Origin: an uncultured delta proteobacterium
Lineage (GTDB): Bacteria > Desulfobacterota > BSN033 > UBA1163
Reading direction: 5' to 3'
Assembly (NCBI GenBank): GCA_963708295.1
Contig: CAVPSJ010000015.1
Coordinates: 224,001 to 288,000, forward strand
DNA length: 64,000 bases
Made by a program: the position numbers and the translations under genes. Numbering within the stretch: position 1 is the first letter of the stretch; each line of letters opens with the position of its first letter. Shown here piece by piece: positions 24,273-33,540 of this stretch. The notes under the pieces were generated by a model that ran no database searches, was not told the origin of the DNA, and was given only the letters and a program-made list of their open reading frames with translations.

Positions 24273-24310
24273 AGAGCCCATTGGCCGAAGGCTGACGGGC
24301 TCTTGTTTTT
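24273..24310 (+). terminator. Intrinsic terminator, recurrent GCCC...GGGC hairpin family
   Basis: AGAGCCCATTGGCCGAAGGCTGACGGGCTCT followed by a T-tract. Confidence 0.7.
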
Positions 24311-24454
24311 AGCCCATGGTTAATTTGGTAAATTAATTATCGTAGGATTTATTTATACCCACCAGAGGAGCTTTTACGACAGTGTTAGTGAGTTGACCCC
24401 AGTTTGACGGACACTTTAAAAAGGAATATACAATAAACCTGAAAGGAGTGTCCA

Positions 24455-24757
24455 ATGAGAAGGAGGCAGGTATTTTCACGGGAGTTTAAGCTAGAAGCGA
24501 TCCGACTACTGGAAGAAGGAAAGAAACCTGGAGCGGATATAGCCCGTGAGTTGGGGATTAGAAGGAACCAGCTTTATAAGTGGAAAGAGCAAAGAGATAA
24601 ACAAGGCGTAGCGGTATTTCCCGGGACGGGGAAACGTTCAAACAAGGGTTCTGATTCAGAAGAGATCGGCCGACTGAGAAGCGAGCTGGCGAAGGTCAAA
24701 GAGGAGAACGAGATTTTAAAAAAAGCCGCAGCGTTCTTTGCGCGGGAGCTGAAGTGA
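24455..24757 (+). CDS. IS3 transposase OrfA (HTH)
   Basis: FSREFKLEAIRL; ARELGI; ENEILKKAAAFFA; A7G slippery site at 24718-24725. Confidence 0.9.
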   Translation: MRRRQVFSREFKLEAIRLLEEGKKPGADIARELGIRRNQLYKWKEQRDKQGVAVFPGTGKRSNKGSDSEEIGRLRSELAKVKEENEILKKAAAFFARELK

Positions 24758-25617
24758 AATATCAGTTTATAAGGTCGCAGAGAACGCATTTTAAGGTGGC
24801 AGTGATGTGTCGGGTGTTGGAGGTTTCCCGAAGTGGTTACTACGATTGGGTGGATAGACCGGAGAGCGAGCGGGCCAGACGACACAGATATTTGCTTACA
24901 AAGATCCGGCAAGCGCATATTGAGAGCCGGGAGATATATGGAGCACCGCGGATCCACGCTGAGTTGGTGGATCAGGGAGAGCGGGTTGGAAAGAACACGG
25001 TAGCCCATTTGATGCGCAGAGCGCAGATCCAATCCAGGGTGCATAAGCGATTTGTTGTAACCACGGCCTCAAACCATACCAGGAAGCCGGCTGCAAACGT
25101 TCTCAGTGGCGATTTTAGGGCAGCCAGAGCTAATGAAAAATGGGTTTCGGATGTTACTTTTATACCGACCAGGAGAGGATGGCTGTATCTGGCAGTGATC
25201 ATGGATCTTCACTCCCGGATGATTGTTGGCTGGTCCATGGGAGAGAGAAACAGCGCAGAACTCATAGAAGATGCTCTGAGGATGGCCGCCACTCATCGGA
25301 GAGATATCAAAGGCGTGCTTTTGCACTCTGATCAGAGCGTGCAATACGCTTCAGGGTCCTATCAGCGGGCATTAAACGAGTTAGGTATCATGTGCAGCAT
25401 GAGCAGGAAAGGCAATTGTTGGGATAATGCTCCGATGGAGAGCTTTTTCCATTCACTCAAAACAGAGTGCGTTGGTTTTGAAGATTACAAAACACGCTCT
25501 GAAGCCAGAGCCAGCATTTTCAGTTATATAGAATTGTTTTACAACCGAAAGCGTCGACATTCTGCTATTGGCTATCAAAGTCCAATGGCATATGAAAAAA
25601 CCATGATTGACCCTTAA
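24754..25617 (+). CDS. IS3 transposase OrfB (DDE integrase core)
   Basis: WVSDVTFI; HSDQS; GNCWDNAPMESFFHSLK. Confidence 0.92.
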   Translation: MKYQFIRSQRTHFKVAVMCRVLEVSRSGYYDWVDRPESERARRHRYLLTKIRQAHIESREIYGAPRIHAELVDQGERVGKNTVAHLMRRAQIQSRVHKRFVVTTASNHTRKPAANVLSGDFRAARANEKWVSDVTFIPTRRGWLYLAVIMDLHSRMIVGWSMGERNSAELIEDALRMAATHRRDIKGVLLHSDQSVQYASGSYQRALNELGIMCSMSRKGNCWDNAPMESFFHSLKTECVGFEDYKTRSEARASIFSYIELFYNRKRRHSAIGYQSPMAYEKTMIDP

Positions 25618-25714
25618 CCAAGGTGTCCGTTTTTCTGGGGGAAGAATAGGTGTTAAGAAGGTTTGAGTAAATCCGAAGGTTCAAAATTCGGCTGATTGTA
25701 GCAGAAAGAATGCC

Positions 25715-26748
25715 ATGATCAAAAAGAAGATCACTCGAAGAGAGCTTTTATTGAGGCCGCTGCAATGGCAACCATGGGGGTAGGTTACACCTCTCATCAT
25801 GATCCGCGGCTTGAACGTACTGTTTCAGAAGCTGGGATCCCGTCGAGGATTTTAGGAAAAGCCGGATTAAGTTTATCCATATTGGCATTTGGGTGTGGAG
25901 GCAGATTTATAAAAGGATACCCTACGGAGGAGAAGGCCTTGGAAGTGCTGAACTGGGTATTCAGCAAGGGAATTAATTATTTTGATACGGCTCACGACTA
26001 TGGAAATGGGGAAAGTGAACGCCGATTGGGCTTGTTCCTCAAAGGTCAACGAAAGAAACTGTTTGTTGCTACTAAACTGGGGTCGCGTATTAGGAACAAA
26101 TTTTTGAGCCAGTTTGAGATAAGCTTGAAGCGGTTGCAGACAGATTATGTGGATTTGTTGAACATTCACGGTTTGAGTACCATGGAGGACGTTGCTCAGA
26201 TAGGAAGCAAAGGAGGAATATACGAAAGTTTGGTCAAATTAAGGGAACAGAAAGGGACCAAGTTCATTGGGTTCAGTTGCCACAGTAATGGCCAAGTGGC
26301 AAAGGCAGCTATAGAGCAGTATGACTTTGATTGTTGCACGCTTCAACTCAATGCAGCTAAGATTGGCGGATTTGAAGACATCGCCCTTCCTGCTGCTTTA
26401 AGAAAAAATATGGGAGTGGTAGCGATAAAAGCCACTGGCCAAGATAGACTTTTGGAAAAGGTCCCTGGGAAGGGAAGGATTGAAGAGTTGCTGCGTTACG
26501 TTTGGAATCTGCCAGTAGTTTCCGTTATTCTTGGGATGCCGAGCTTGAAAATGGCCAAACAGGACATTGAATTGGCTCGAGATTTTAAGCGCATGACTCG
26601 CACTGAAGCGGAGGCTCTACGGGACCGGATGGCTCATTTCAGGCCAACTTTAGAACGATTCTTTCACATCACTCCGATTTCGAGACGATATGAACTCAAT
26701 AGATGGAGTTTCTTCTTTTTGTTTCCGAAAAGTTTGAAGATTCAGTGA
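25715..26748 (+). CDS. Aldo/keto reductase with a Tat-like N-terminus (frameshift near 25748)
   Basis: MIKKKITRRE; FDTAHDYG; VATK; SLKRLQTDYVDL; GFSCH. Confidence 0.8.
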
Positions 26749-26796
26749 ATAAGGTCAGGTGGAGTTGCCCGATACCGAAAACCGCAGGAGGGGACA

Positions 26797-27966
26797 ATGA
26801 GAATCGATAACTTGTCGCTAATTCCGGAAGATAGTCACTTGTGTCTTGCAGGTCGAATCGACGACTTCGCACTCTGGTATCGATTCCCGCTCTCCTGCCA
26901 TGTCCGGCTGAGTTCGGAACCGTTCGTCGCCGCAAGCCTGTTGCCTGCGATGCTCAAAGGCGAGCCAGTTCAAGTCGCTCCAGGATTTCCCATCTCGACC
27001 GAGTTTTTGGAAAATATTACCGAACTACAAAGGATTTTTCATTGCTGGAACAGGCTACTAAGGATTGTGGAGGTTCAATGTGAGACGGCCCCGGCCCAGC
27101 CCGGAAATGGTCGTGTCGGCTGCTTCTATTCCGGGGGGGTCGATTCAAACCACACCCTGATCCGCAACCTGCAGAGCATCACCGACATGGTTTTGATCAA
27201 TGGCTTCGATTTCATGATCGAACCTGAAGTGTTCGACGGGATCACGGCTAGAAATGCGAAGGTGGCAAACCAGCTGAATAAGAACCTGTTGCCGGTGAAA
27301 ACCAATTTTTTCCTGTTTGAGCAGGCAAGCCGGCTCCAGCGTACCTTGTCGCACGGAAGTTGTCTGGCAAGCATCGCGCTGGCGTTAGGTTTCGACACAT
27401 TCTATGTGCCTTCCAGCCACACATACGATTTACTGGATCCACATGGGTCGCATCCGTTAACCGACAGGTTGTTCTCGAATGGAACAACACAGATCATTCA
27501 TTACGGTTCGGGTTGGCATCGCAGCGAAAAGCTCGAGGAAATCGCCGGCTTTCCCGCAATACTGGAAAATCTGGTGGTTTGCTGGATCAAGCCGAACCAA
27601 AACTGCGGCAACTGCGGGAAATGCCTGCGCACCATGACCACCTTACGGCTCCTGGGAGTGTCCTCACCGGCCTTCCCTCCGCTGACTTCGGCAAAACAGC
27701 TCAGAAGAATCCAAATAGACAGGCCCTCGGATCTTGCTTTTGCTAAGGAAAATCTCGAGATGGCTGTAGCCCGGGGAGATCGCGAGATTCAGAAGGAGTT
27801 GAAGAGCCTCATCCGCCGCTACGAGATGCGCGAAGCCATTAGCAATCTCGACCGCGCCGTGTTGGGTTCATTCTTACGTAAGACTTATCGCCTATTTCGT
27901 CCGTTCGTTGTGGAGCGCTTTGCTTTTAACTCCCGGAGCGTGCCTGACCGTCAAAAGTCAAGTTAA
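26797..27966 (+). CDS. PP-loop adenine-nucleotide alpha-hydrolase (QueC-like) protein with a Cys cluster
   Basis: FYSGGVDS; GSHPLTD; VCW-x5-NCGNCGKCLRT. Confidence 0.65.
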   Translation: MRIDNLSLIPEDSHLCLAGRIDDFALWYRFPLSCHVRLSSEPFVAASLLPAMLKGEPVQVAPGFPISTEFLENITELQRIFHCWNRLLRIVEVQCETAPAQPGNGRVGCFYSGGVDSNHTLIRNLQSITDMVLINGFDFMIEPEVFDGITARNAKVANQLNKNLLPVKTNFFLFEQASRLQRTLSHGSCLASIALALGFDTFYVPSSHTYDLLDPHGSHPLTDRLFSNGTTQIIHYGSGWHRSEKLEEIAGFPAILENLVVCWIKPNQNCGNCGKCLRTMTTLRLLGVSSPAFPPLTSAKQLRRIQIDRPSDLAFAKENLEMAVARGDREIQKELKSLIRRYEMREAISNLDRAVLGSFLRKTYRLFRPFVVERFAFNSRSVPDRQKSS

Positions 27967-28176
27967 AGAGTTATTAAGTGGATTAGTGCTTTCTTTAATG
28001 TTGAATTGTGAATGTTGAGTTTTAAGTTAATTTAACGTTCTTTGAAGAGTTAATGAGGTAATAAGTTATTAAGTGAATAAGTGCTGCGGTGCTGCGGTTT
28101 TAAGCCGGCGTAAGGTTTAAGGATGGACGTTTTAAATCTGAGTTTTGAGTCAGTTCAACACTAGGAATTCAAAAGC

Positions 28177-28287
28177 GAAGCCCCCCGCCCACGGGGGCAG
28201 GGCTTCCCGGCAAGGTATTATCATTCATATTGTGCCCCTTCACAACGCCTATCCCTGCTTTGGCGGGGCGGGGCGCGTTCCGGTCAA
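28177..28287 (+). mobile_element. Palindromic non-autonomous element (family B, copy 1)
   Basis: GAAGCCCCCCGCCC...GGGCTTCCCG...TTGTGCCCCTT...CGGTCAA; inverted homolog at 48763-48867. Confidence 0.55.
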
Positions 28288-28316
28288 GATTCCTTCAAAA
28301 GTTATTAAGTAAATGA

Positions 28317-28354
28317 GAAGAGCCCGCTGGCTGAAAAGCTGACGGGCTCTCTTC
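28317..28354 (+). terminator. Recurrent hairpin family copy
   Basis: GAAGAGCCCGCTGGCTGAAAAGCTGACGGGCTCTCTTC. Confidence 0.55.
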
Positions 28355-28643
28355 ATCAAATCGTAAAGATCAGAATTTGACTTTACGCACGTTATCAAGC
28401 CGTACGATAGTTTCCACCCGCCGGAAGAGTGGTTCAGACCACTCGCTTCTGATTTCAAAATCTCATCAATTGAATAAAGAAATGTGCGGAAGAGCTTTAC
28501 ATACATGAGGGAACCGATTCGAGAATTTTGTGAAAATCATTTCCACTTTTCAATTTCAATGAAATAATGAGTATTTGAGAAACATTTTGAATTATGTCTA
28601 CTTTACAGCAACTTAGAATGAATTAACAGCATTTGAGACTTTC

Positions 28644-28659
28644 TGGCATCAAAATTGCT
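28644..28659 (+). promoter_or_regulatory. Sigma54 promoter of PEP-CTERM gene 1
   Basis: TGGCATCAAAATTGCT (GG-N10-GC); upstream box TGTGAAAATCATTTCCAC at 28529-28546. Confidence 0.8.
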
Positions 28660-28740
28660 TAATTTTTATTTCGGTTTGTTATACATTTATTTCTGATTTC
28701 ATCGGATCCCGCAGCCAAAAACTGAAGGAGGTAAGAAGGT

Positions 28741-29473
28741 ATGAGGGGAAAATTAGGTGTACTCTTAGTTGTCTTAGTGCTTTTCGGGATGATTGGCATT
28801 GCAAGCGCTAGTAACATTCTTTATTTCAACGATCTTGTCGTTGGTACTGATAGAATGGGGGGAGCCCTCGCAGCATTAAGTGGCACACATTCCGTGACAA
28901 CAGTGCTTAGCTCGTCAGCTTTTGCTACTCAAATTGCTTCAGGCAGTTACCAACTGGGAATTTTAATGGTGCAGAATTCATTCGGCAGGTACTTATGCTG
29001 ATGGAATCAATGCATTAGGGACCTTCGTGGCAGCGGGTGGACGCTCAATCTATACCGATTGGAGCAGGGATAGCAATTATGCTCCCCTATTTGGCGCACA
29101 ATGGACAGGCGGCATTAATCAAAATACCATGACCGTGTTAGACCCCGCTCTGGCTGCCGGCATCACCAATCCCATCTCTCTTATCAATCCGGGATGGGGT
29201 GTCTACTCGATGGATGTAAACGGAGATTCCATTGGAGCTACATTTGGAGATGGCAATGGAGCGATTGCATTCGGCATTTCCGGACGCAGTATCACAAACG
29301 GTTTCCTTACGGACACATTTTCGGACGGCGCTCAGGGCGTTAGGCTTTATGAAAATGAAGTAGGCTACCTTTTAGGAGCTGCGCCCATTCCCGAACCCGC
29401 TACCATGCTTCTTTTAGGGTCTGGGCTGATCGGATTGGTAGGATATGGGAGGAGAAAGTTCTCTAAAAGATAA
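28741..29473 (+). CDS. PEP-CTERM sorting-domain protein 1 (frameshift near 28985)
   Basis: Signal peptide; C-terminal IPEPATMLLLGSGLIGLVGYGRRKFSKR. Confidence 0.9.
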
Positions 29474-29545
29474 TTATGAGTTATGAGTCTTGAGTTTTGA
29501 GTTAATTCAAGGCTGAGAATTCAAAATTCTTTAGGAAGTAAACAA

Positions 29546-29587
29546 AAAGAGCCCGTTGGCCGAAAAGCTGACGGGCTCTTGGTTTTA
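29546..29587 (+). terminator. Intrinsic terminator, recurrent hairpin family
   Basis: AAGAGCCCGTTGGCCGAAAAGCTGACGGGCTCTT followed by GGTTTT. Confidence 0.7.
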
Positions 29588-29683
29588 TTATATATTGTTT
29601 TTCAGAGGCAACCTTCACACGATTGGAAACGATGGACTCAGACCCTAGAAGGTCTGGACAATGGCTAGTATATTAAATCACAG

Positions 29684-29985
29684 CTGTCCAATTCATGAAT
29701 AATCGGGAAGTAATCGTAATTTCATTCAGTGGTATGATTCCCTTTACACCAGGACCCAGAGCGAGGCGTGAGGAGATTTCACTGCTTCAAACGGCCACCG
29801 CTCAGTGAGCATATGGCTAGGAGAGGAGATGGCGATGGAGCAGAAACTACATTCTTCGGGAGACTGAACCTTTGATGGCTGTGGATTATCAGATTTAGGA
29901 TGACAGAGTTTTAAGGCGGGATCTCTCGCCGAATAAAAACCTGTCGCGTTACCTGCGACTCTGCAGTGAAAATTCTATTTTGCAG
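29684..29985. mobile_element. MITE-like family A, degenerate copy 2
   Basis: Starts CTGTCCAATT, ends GTGAAAATTCTATTTTGCAG; core CGGCCACCG-CTCAG..GAGAGGAGA.GGCGAT.GGAGCAGAAACT shared with 6481-6566. Confidence 0.55.
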
Positions 29986-30599
29986 CTCGGTATTAATCAA
30001 TCCAGGAGCATATCCTCTTGAAGATTGTTGACGAGACCAAGTGGTATATTTTCACTCCGATAGAGGAGTGTTGCTGAACTGACGCTTGTGCAAAAGCCCA
30101 TATCATACCGAGAATTGGCGGGAAGCTCAGAGATGGCTGAAAGGGAGTGCTTCGAGGCTCTGAAGCGTTTCAAGCGAGGACGCCGACCACGAAAGGAATT
30201 GTTTCAAATCCGGATCTAGTTCGAAGAAAAGACTGATAGGGCTCCGAGGAAGAAGAACAAGTGGTACTCTGAATCTCTGGAAAATGAGTTTGCATATCAA
30301 ATCTGATGGCGGTCCATCACAATTCGTGTGGAAATGTGAATCAGGAGTCATGAGGGTTCTCCTAATCAAGGGGCATCCGTTCCCGTTCAGAGGTGCTAAG
30401 TCACCGGCCTTAGCACGTGGAGTTGATATTCATTTGCTGTTCGAATTATGCCGTGAAGAGCACGTTCCAGCGGATGACCTCAACAGCCAGAAATGGAGTC
30501 TGCCTCTGACGGGATACTAGGTCAATGTCTTTTACAACCAACTGAGGCTCTTCTCATAGCCTAAAACAAACGCATTAAATATTTTAACGTCGCACGAGT

Positions 30600-30672
30600 G
30601 TATTGCGAGCCCGAGAGGACCGGCAATCCCATTTTACGTTGGATGCTTAGTCGCTCAGCTTCTTGCAATGAC
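30600..30672. repeat. REP-like palindromic element
   Basis: GTATTGCGAG...GGCAATC...CTTGCAATGAC. Confidence 0.5.
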
Positions 30673-30860
30673 CCGCCACAAAATTCCTTATCTCTTTGCC
30701 TGGCTTCCAAAGGCATAAAGTGTAAGCACTCTATACTGTTCACAAATCTGCTTTAAACCCTGATGAAAGCTTTTCATAATCTTAATGGTGACGTGTTAAT
30801 TAGTTATGCCGGGTAATTTCTTAACTAAAATACCACTGTTTTTCATTCTTGTCCATAAAC

Positions 30861-30892
30861 AAAAAGCCCACCAGCCTTTCGGCCGATGGGCC
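30861..30892 (-). terminator. Intrinsic terminator of PEP-CTERM gene 2, recurrent hairpin family
   Basis: AAAAAGCCCACCAGCCTTTCGGCCGATGGGC on the plus strand. Confidence 0.7.
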
Positions 30893-31006
30893 CTCCTCAT
30901 TCCAATAACTTAATTAACTTCCTAACCTAAACTCTTAACTGCAACACCTTAATTTAATAACTGATTAACTTATTAACTCAATTACTTAATTACTTAATAA
31001 CTTAAG

Positions 31007-31603
31007 TTATTTCCTAAATTTTCTCCTCGCAAACCCAGCCAATCCAATTAGTCCAGACCCAAGAAGTAACATGGTGGCGGGCTCCGGGACGGCAGCGGGT
31101 GCGCTCACGTAAGTGAGTTTTGCTTCGATTACGTCACAGCCCTGCATGCGGAATGCGCCGTCCTCTAGGGCAAGGTTGAACTGGCCACCGTTACCGAAAT
31201 TGAAGACGGCAGGATTGTCAGTCCAGTGAACTATGCCAACTTGGATAAGCCATATGCCATATGTCTCACCGTTCACAGTATCGGGCACTGTGCCGGACGG
31301 AGCTGTCCAATTGAAACTCACGGTGATCGGGTAGTGAGTCCTGTCACCCGGAGTATTGAAATCCACAGAGTTTTCTGTTGTACCGACTCTGAAAAGATTG
31401 AACTCGGGAGTAGATTGACCCACATTCAAATTCCACGTCGTCGGGGGCAGGATCGGAGTCGAGTAGAGGACAAGACCCGGGTCAATCGTTCTCAGTGAGA
31501 CGTTGTAGCTGTTAAGTGTGAACGTATCCGCACCTGCCATTCCTCCCATACCAAAAATTAGAGTTGCCGTGAAGATAAATAGAATACTTTTTGCTATCTT
31601 CAT
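31007..31603 (-). CDS. PEP-CTERM sorting-domain protein 2
   Basis: MKIAKSILF signal peptide after GGAG RBS; VPEPATMLLLGSGLIGLAGFARRKFRK. Confidence 0.92.
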   Translation of the reverse strand: MKIAKSILFIFTATLIFGMGGMAGADTFTLNSYNVSLRTIDPGLVLYSTPILPPTTWNLNVGQSTPEFNLFRVGTTENSVDFNTPGDRTHYPITVSFNWTAPSGTVPDTVNGETYGIWLIQVGIVHWTDNPAVFNFGNGGQFNLALEDGAFRMQGCDVIEAKLTYVSAPAAVPEPATMLLLGSGLIGLAGFARRKFRK

Positions 31604-31770
31604 CTTTAGCTCCCCTTTCTCTATAATATTTTTGTTATCTCTGTTAGTCTCTATATTTTGGATCTTCTCCTTATATCCACTGTCAGCCCCCTTGGGAATG
31701 GGAACCAATTTTCTCTCGGTTTCCGAACCATTTGTCGCCACTTGGATACAGAAACTTCGATGTATTTTAA

Positions 31771-31786
31771 AGCAATTTACGTACCA
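31771..31786 (-). promoter_or_regulatory. Sigma54 promoter of PEP-CTERM gene 2
   Basis: TGGTACGTAAATTGCT; box TGTGAAAAGCTCTTCCAC at 31878-31861. Confidence 0.8.
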
Positions 31787-32028
31787 AATATGTAAAATGC
31801 TGTAAAGCCACGGAAAGGTTTAACTTTTTTGGTTGGAGACTCCTGACGGGACTGGAATCCGTGGAAGAGCTTTTCACAAAAAACCGAAATGACTTCCTCG
31901 AAAAGTTGTAATTCTCTTCTACTTTCACGGGCAGGACTGCAAGAAAGAAGGTGTACTAATTAACCGAGAGTCAATCTGACATGGTCTGTCAAATTAGATA
32001 CTGGTCAGCGCAGAAAGGGTAGCTGAAC

Positions 32029-32102
32029 AAAAAAAACCGCCAGCGTTTCGGCCGATGGGGTTAATTGAAAAAGCCCACCAGCCTTTCGGCCGATGGGCTC
32101 TC
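32029..32102 (-). terminator. Tandem pair of terminators, recurrent hairpin family
   Basis: Two CCAGC.TTTCGGCCGATGGG hairpins, each with an A-tract on the plus strand. Confidence 0.65.
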
Positions 32103-32185
32103 CTCTTTCACTTCATTTCTTAAATTTTAAGTTCTAAGTTTTGAATGTTAATTCAACTCGCAACTCAACACTTATAACTCAAAAA

Positions 32186-32870
32186 CTATTTCCTAAATTT
32201 TCTCCTCGCAAACCCAGCCAATCCAATCAATCCAGAGCCAAGAAGTAACATGGTGGCGGGCTCCGGGACGACCGAGATCTGGCCGTAGAGGTCCGCCCTA
32301 TTCTGCTGACCCTCTGCGGTGATGAACATTAGTAACGATCGTGTCGCTACCCTCAGGCGAGAAGCCCAGCATGCTGAAAATGTACTCTGTGCCTAAGTAG
32401 TTGAACGTTGAGTCCAGGAACGGCGACGTGATGGTGACCACATCCGGTGCGGGGTTGGGTGTCTCATTGTGGGTAAAATGAAACAACCCCGTGTTGGGAG
32501 CGAGCGCGTCGATGGTCATGCTGAAATTCATATCGATGCTCGTAATTGACGTTCCAGTAATCGGGAAGTTAAGATGGTTAAACGTGCCGAGGCTGAACGG
32601 CGTGCCGATTGGTGCGTCGAATGCGACTGCCGGAGTCCAGTTATACCCGCTCTGGCCGAAGCCCGTGGAGGTTCCCCACCGGGCCGTTCTGGGGTTTACG
32701 CTATTGTCGATGGTGGCAACAAAGGGTGGCAACGCGTTCTGCCAGGTCCCGTCTATCGCACTGATGGGGATCGCCCCGACAACTGGCGCCAACCCGACGG
32801 TCAGACCAAAAACGAGCAGTCCAACAGCAAAACACTTTGTAGCAGCTTTCCAACTCAAATCATGTCTCAT
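32186..32870 (-). CDS. PEP-CTERM protein 3 (THxN / choice-of-anchor-K-like domain); frameshift near 32325
   Basis: Signal peptide; GTFNHLNFPI, FTHNETPN; after the shift VVPEPATMLLLGSGLIGLAGFARRKFRK-stop at 32186. Confidence 0.85.
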
Positions 32871-32974
32871 AAATACTTCACCTCCTTCCTTTTTTAATTG
32901 ATTTCATATCTAATCATAGGTTATTCAAACGAAAATGCTGCCAAATGGTGTCAATTCATACAACTTGTAAAGAG

Positions 32975-32990
32975 AGCAATTTCCATGCCC
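32975..32990 (-). promoter_or_regulatory. Sigma54 promoter of PEP-CTERM gene 3
   Basis: GGGCATGGAAATTGCT; weaker box AGAGCAAACCGATTCCCA at 33083-33066. Confidence 0.75.
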
Positions 32991-33086
32991 AAAACTATAA
33001 ATCTATACAACTAATTAATATCAATAAATAATTTGCATTATTACTTTTTTAATCTCCTTTAAAAATGGGAATCGGTTTGCTCTTTT

Positions 33087-33359
33087 TTACTGATTCGTTT
33101 CTTTTTTTATATGTAAATCGCTTCCTCTTTTCTCGTGTCCCTGCCTACCGGCAGGCGGGTGAGCGGAATGCATAATATTGATTTGGAATTGGTTCTTGTC
33201 GACATATTCCAAGCAGTCTTTGAGGTTGGAAAAGGAGAGAGTTACGAGGGAATGCCGGGATTCAGAGGATCTCTTGATTAATTTGACCTTCCCATGAAAG
33301 GATTGAATCACCGTACATTTCTCTTTATGGAAGGTATCCGCAACCAAGATCATGAGCAC
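33087..33359 (-). CDS. Small hypothetical protein with a short palindrome (CCTGCCTACCGGCAGG) near its 3' end
   Basis: 90-aa ORF between PEP-CTERM genes; no recognised motif. Confidence 0.4.
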   Translation of the reverse strand: MLMILVADTFHKEKCTVIQSFHGKVKLIKRSSESRHSLVTLSFSNLKDCLEYVDKNQFQINIMHSAHPPAGRQGHEKRGSDLHIKKETNQ

Positions 33360-33540
33360 CGCCTGTTACTCGTCAAAAAAAGGATTTAAAAATATCCTTA
33401 CATGAAGGAAAGGGAATGTGAATAGAGTGAATCAATTTTCGATTGGCTGCGTAAGAGCCTGGATAACTCTCTTTGGGTCACCGCCGTTTCCTTGGCAAGG
33501 GTACACAATGAACCAAACCGTACACCCCAGCACCGCACCA

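Larger units (their letters stand above)
24389..25648 (+). mobile_element. IS3-family insertion sequence
   Basis: IRL TGAGTTGACCCCAGTTTGACGGACAC; IRR GTGTCCGTTTTTCTGGGGGAAGAATA; orfA/orfB; possible TAG target duplication (24386-88, 25647-49). Confidence 0.9.

Noticed and set aside
24273-32102. Integron attC sites
   Set aside because: The hairpins lack RYYYAAC...GTTRRRY ends, carry U-tracts like terminators, and there is no intI
31007-32269. DGR-type template/variable repeat pair
   Set aside because: Only 4 differences, not adenine-specific, located in a conserved sorting tail; no reverse transcriptase in the window
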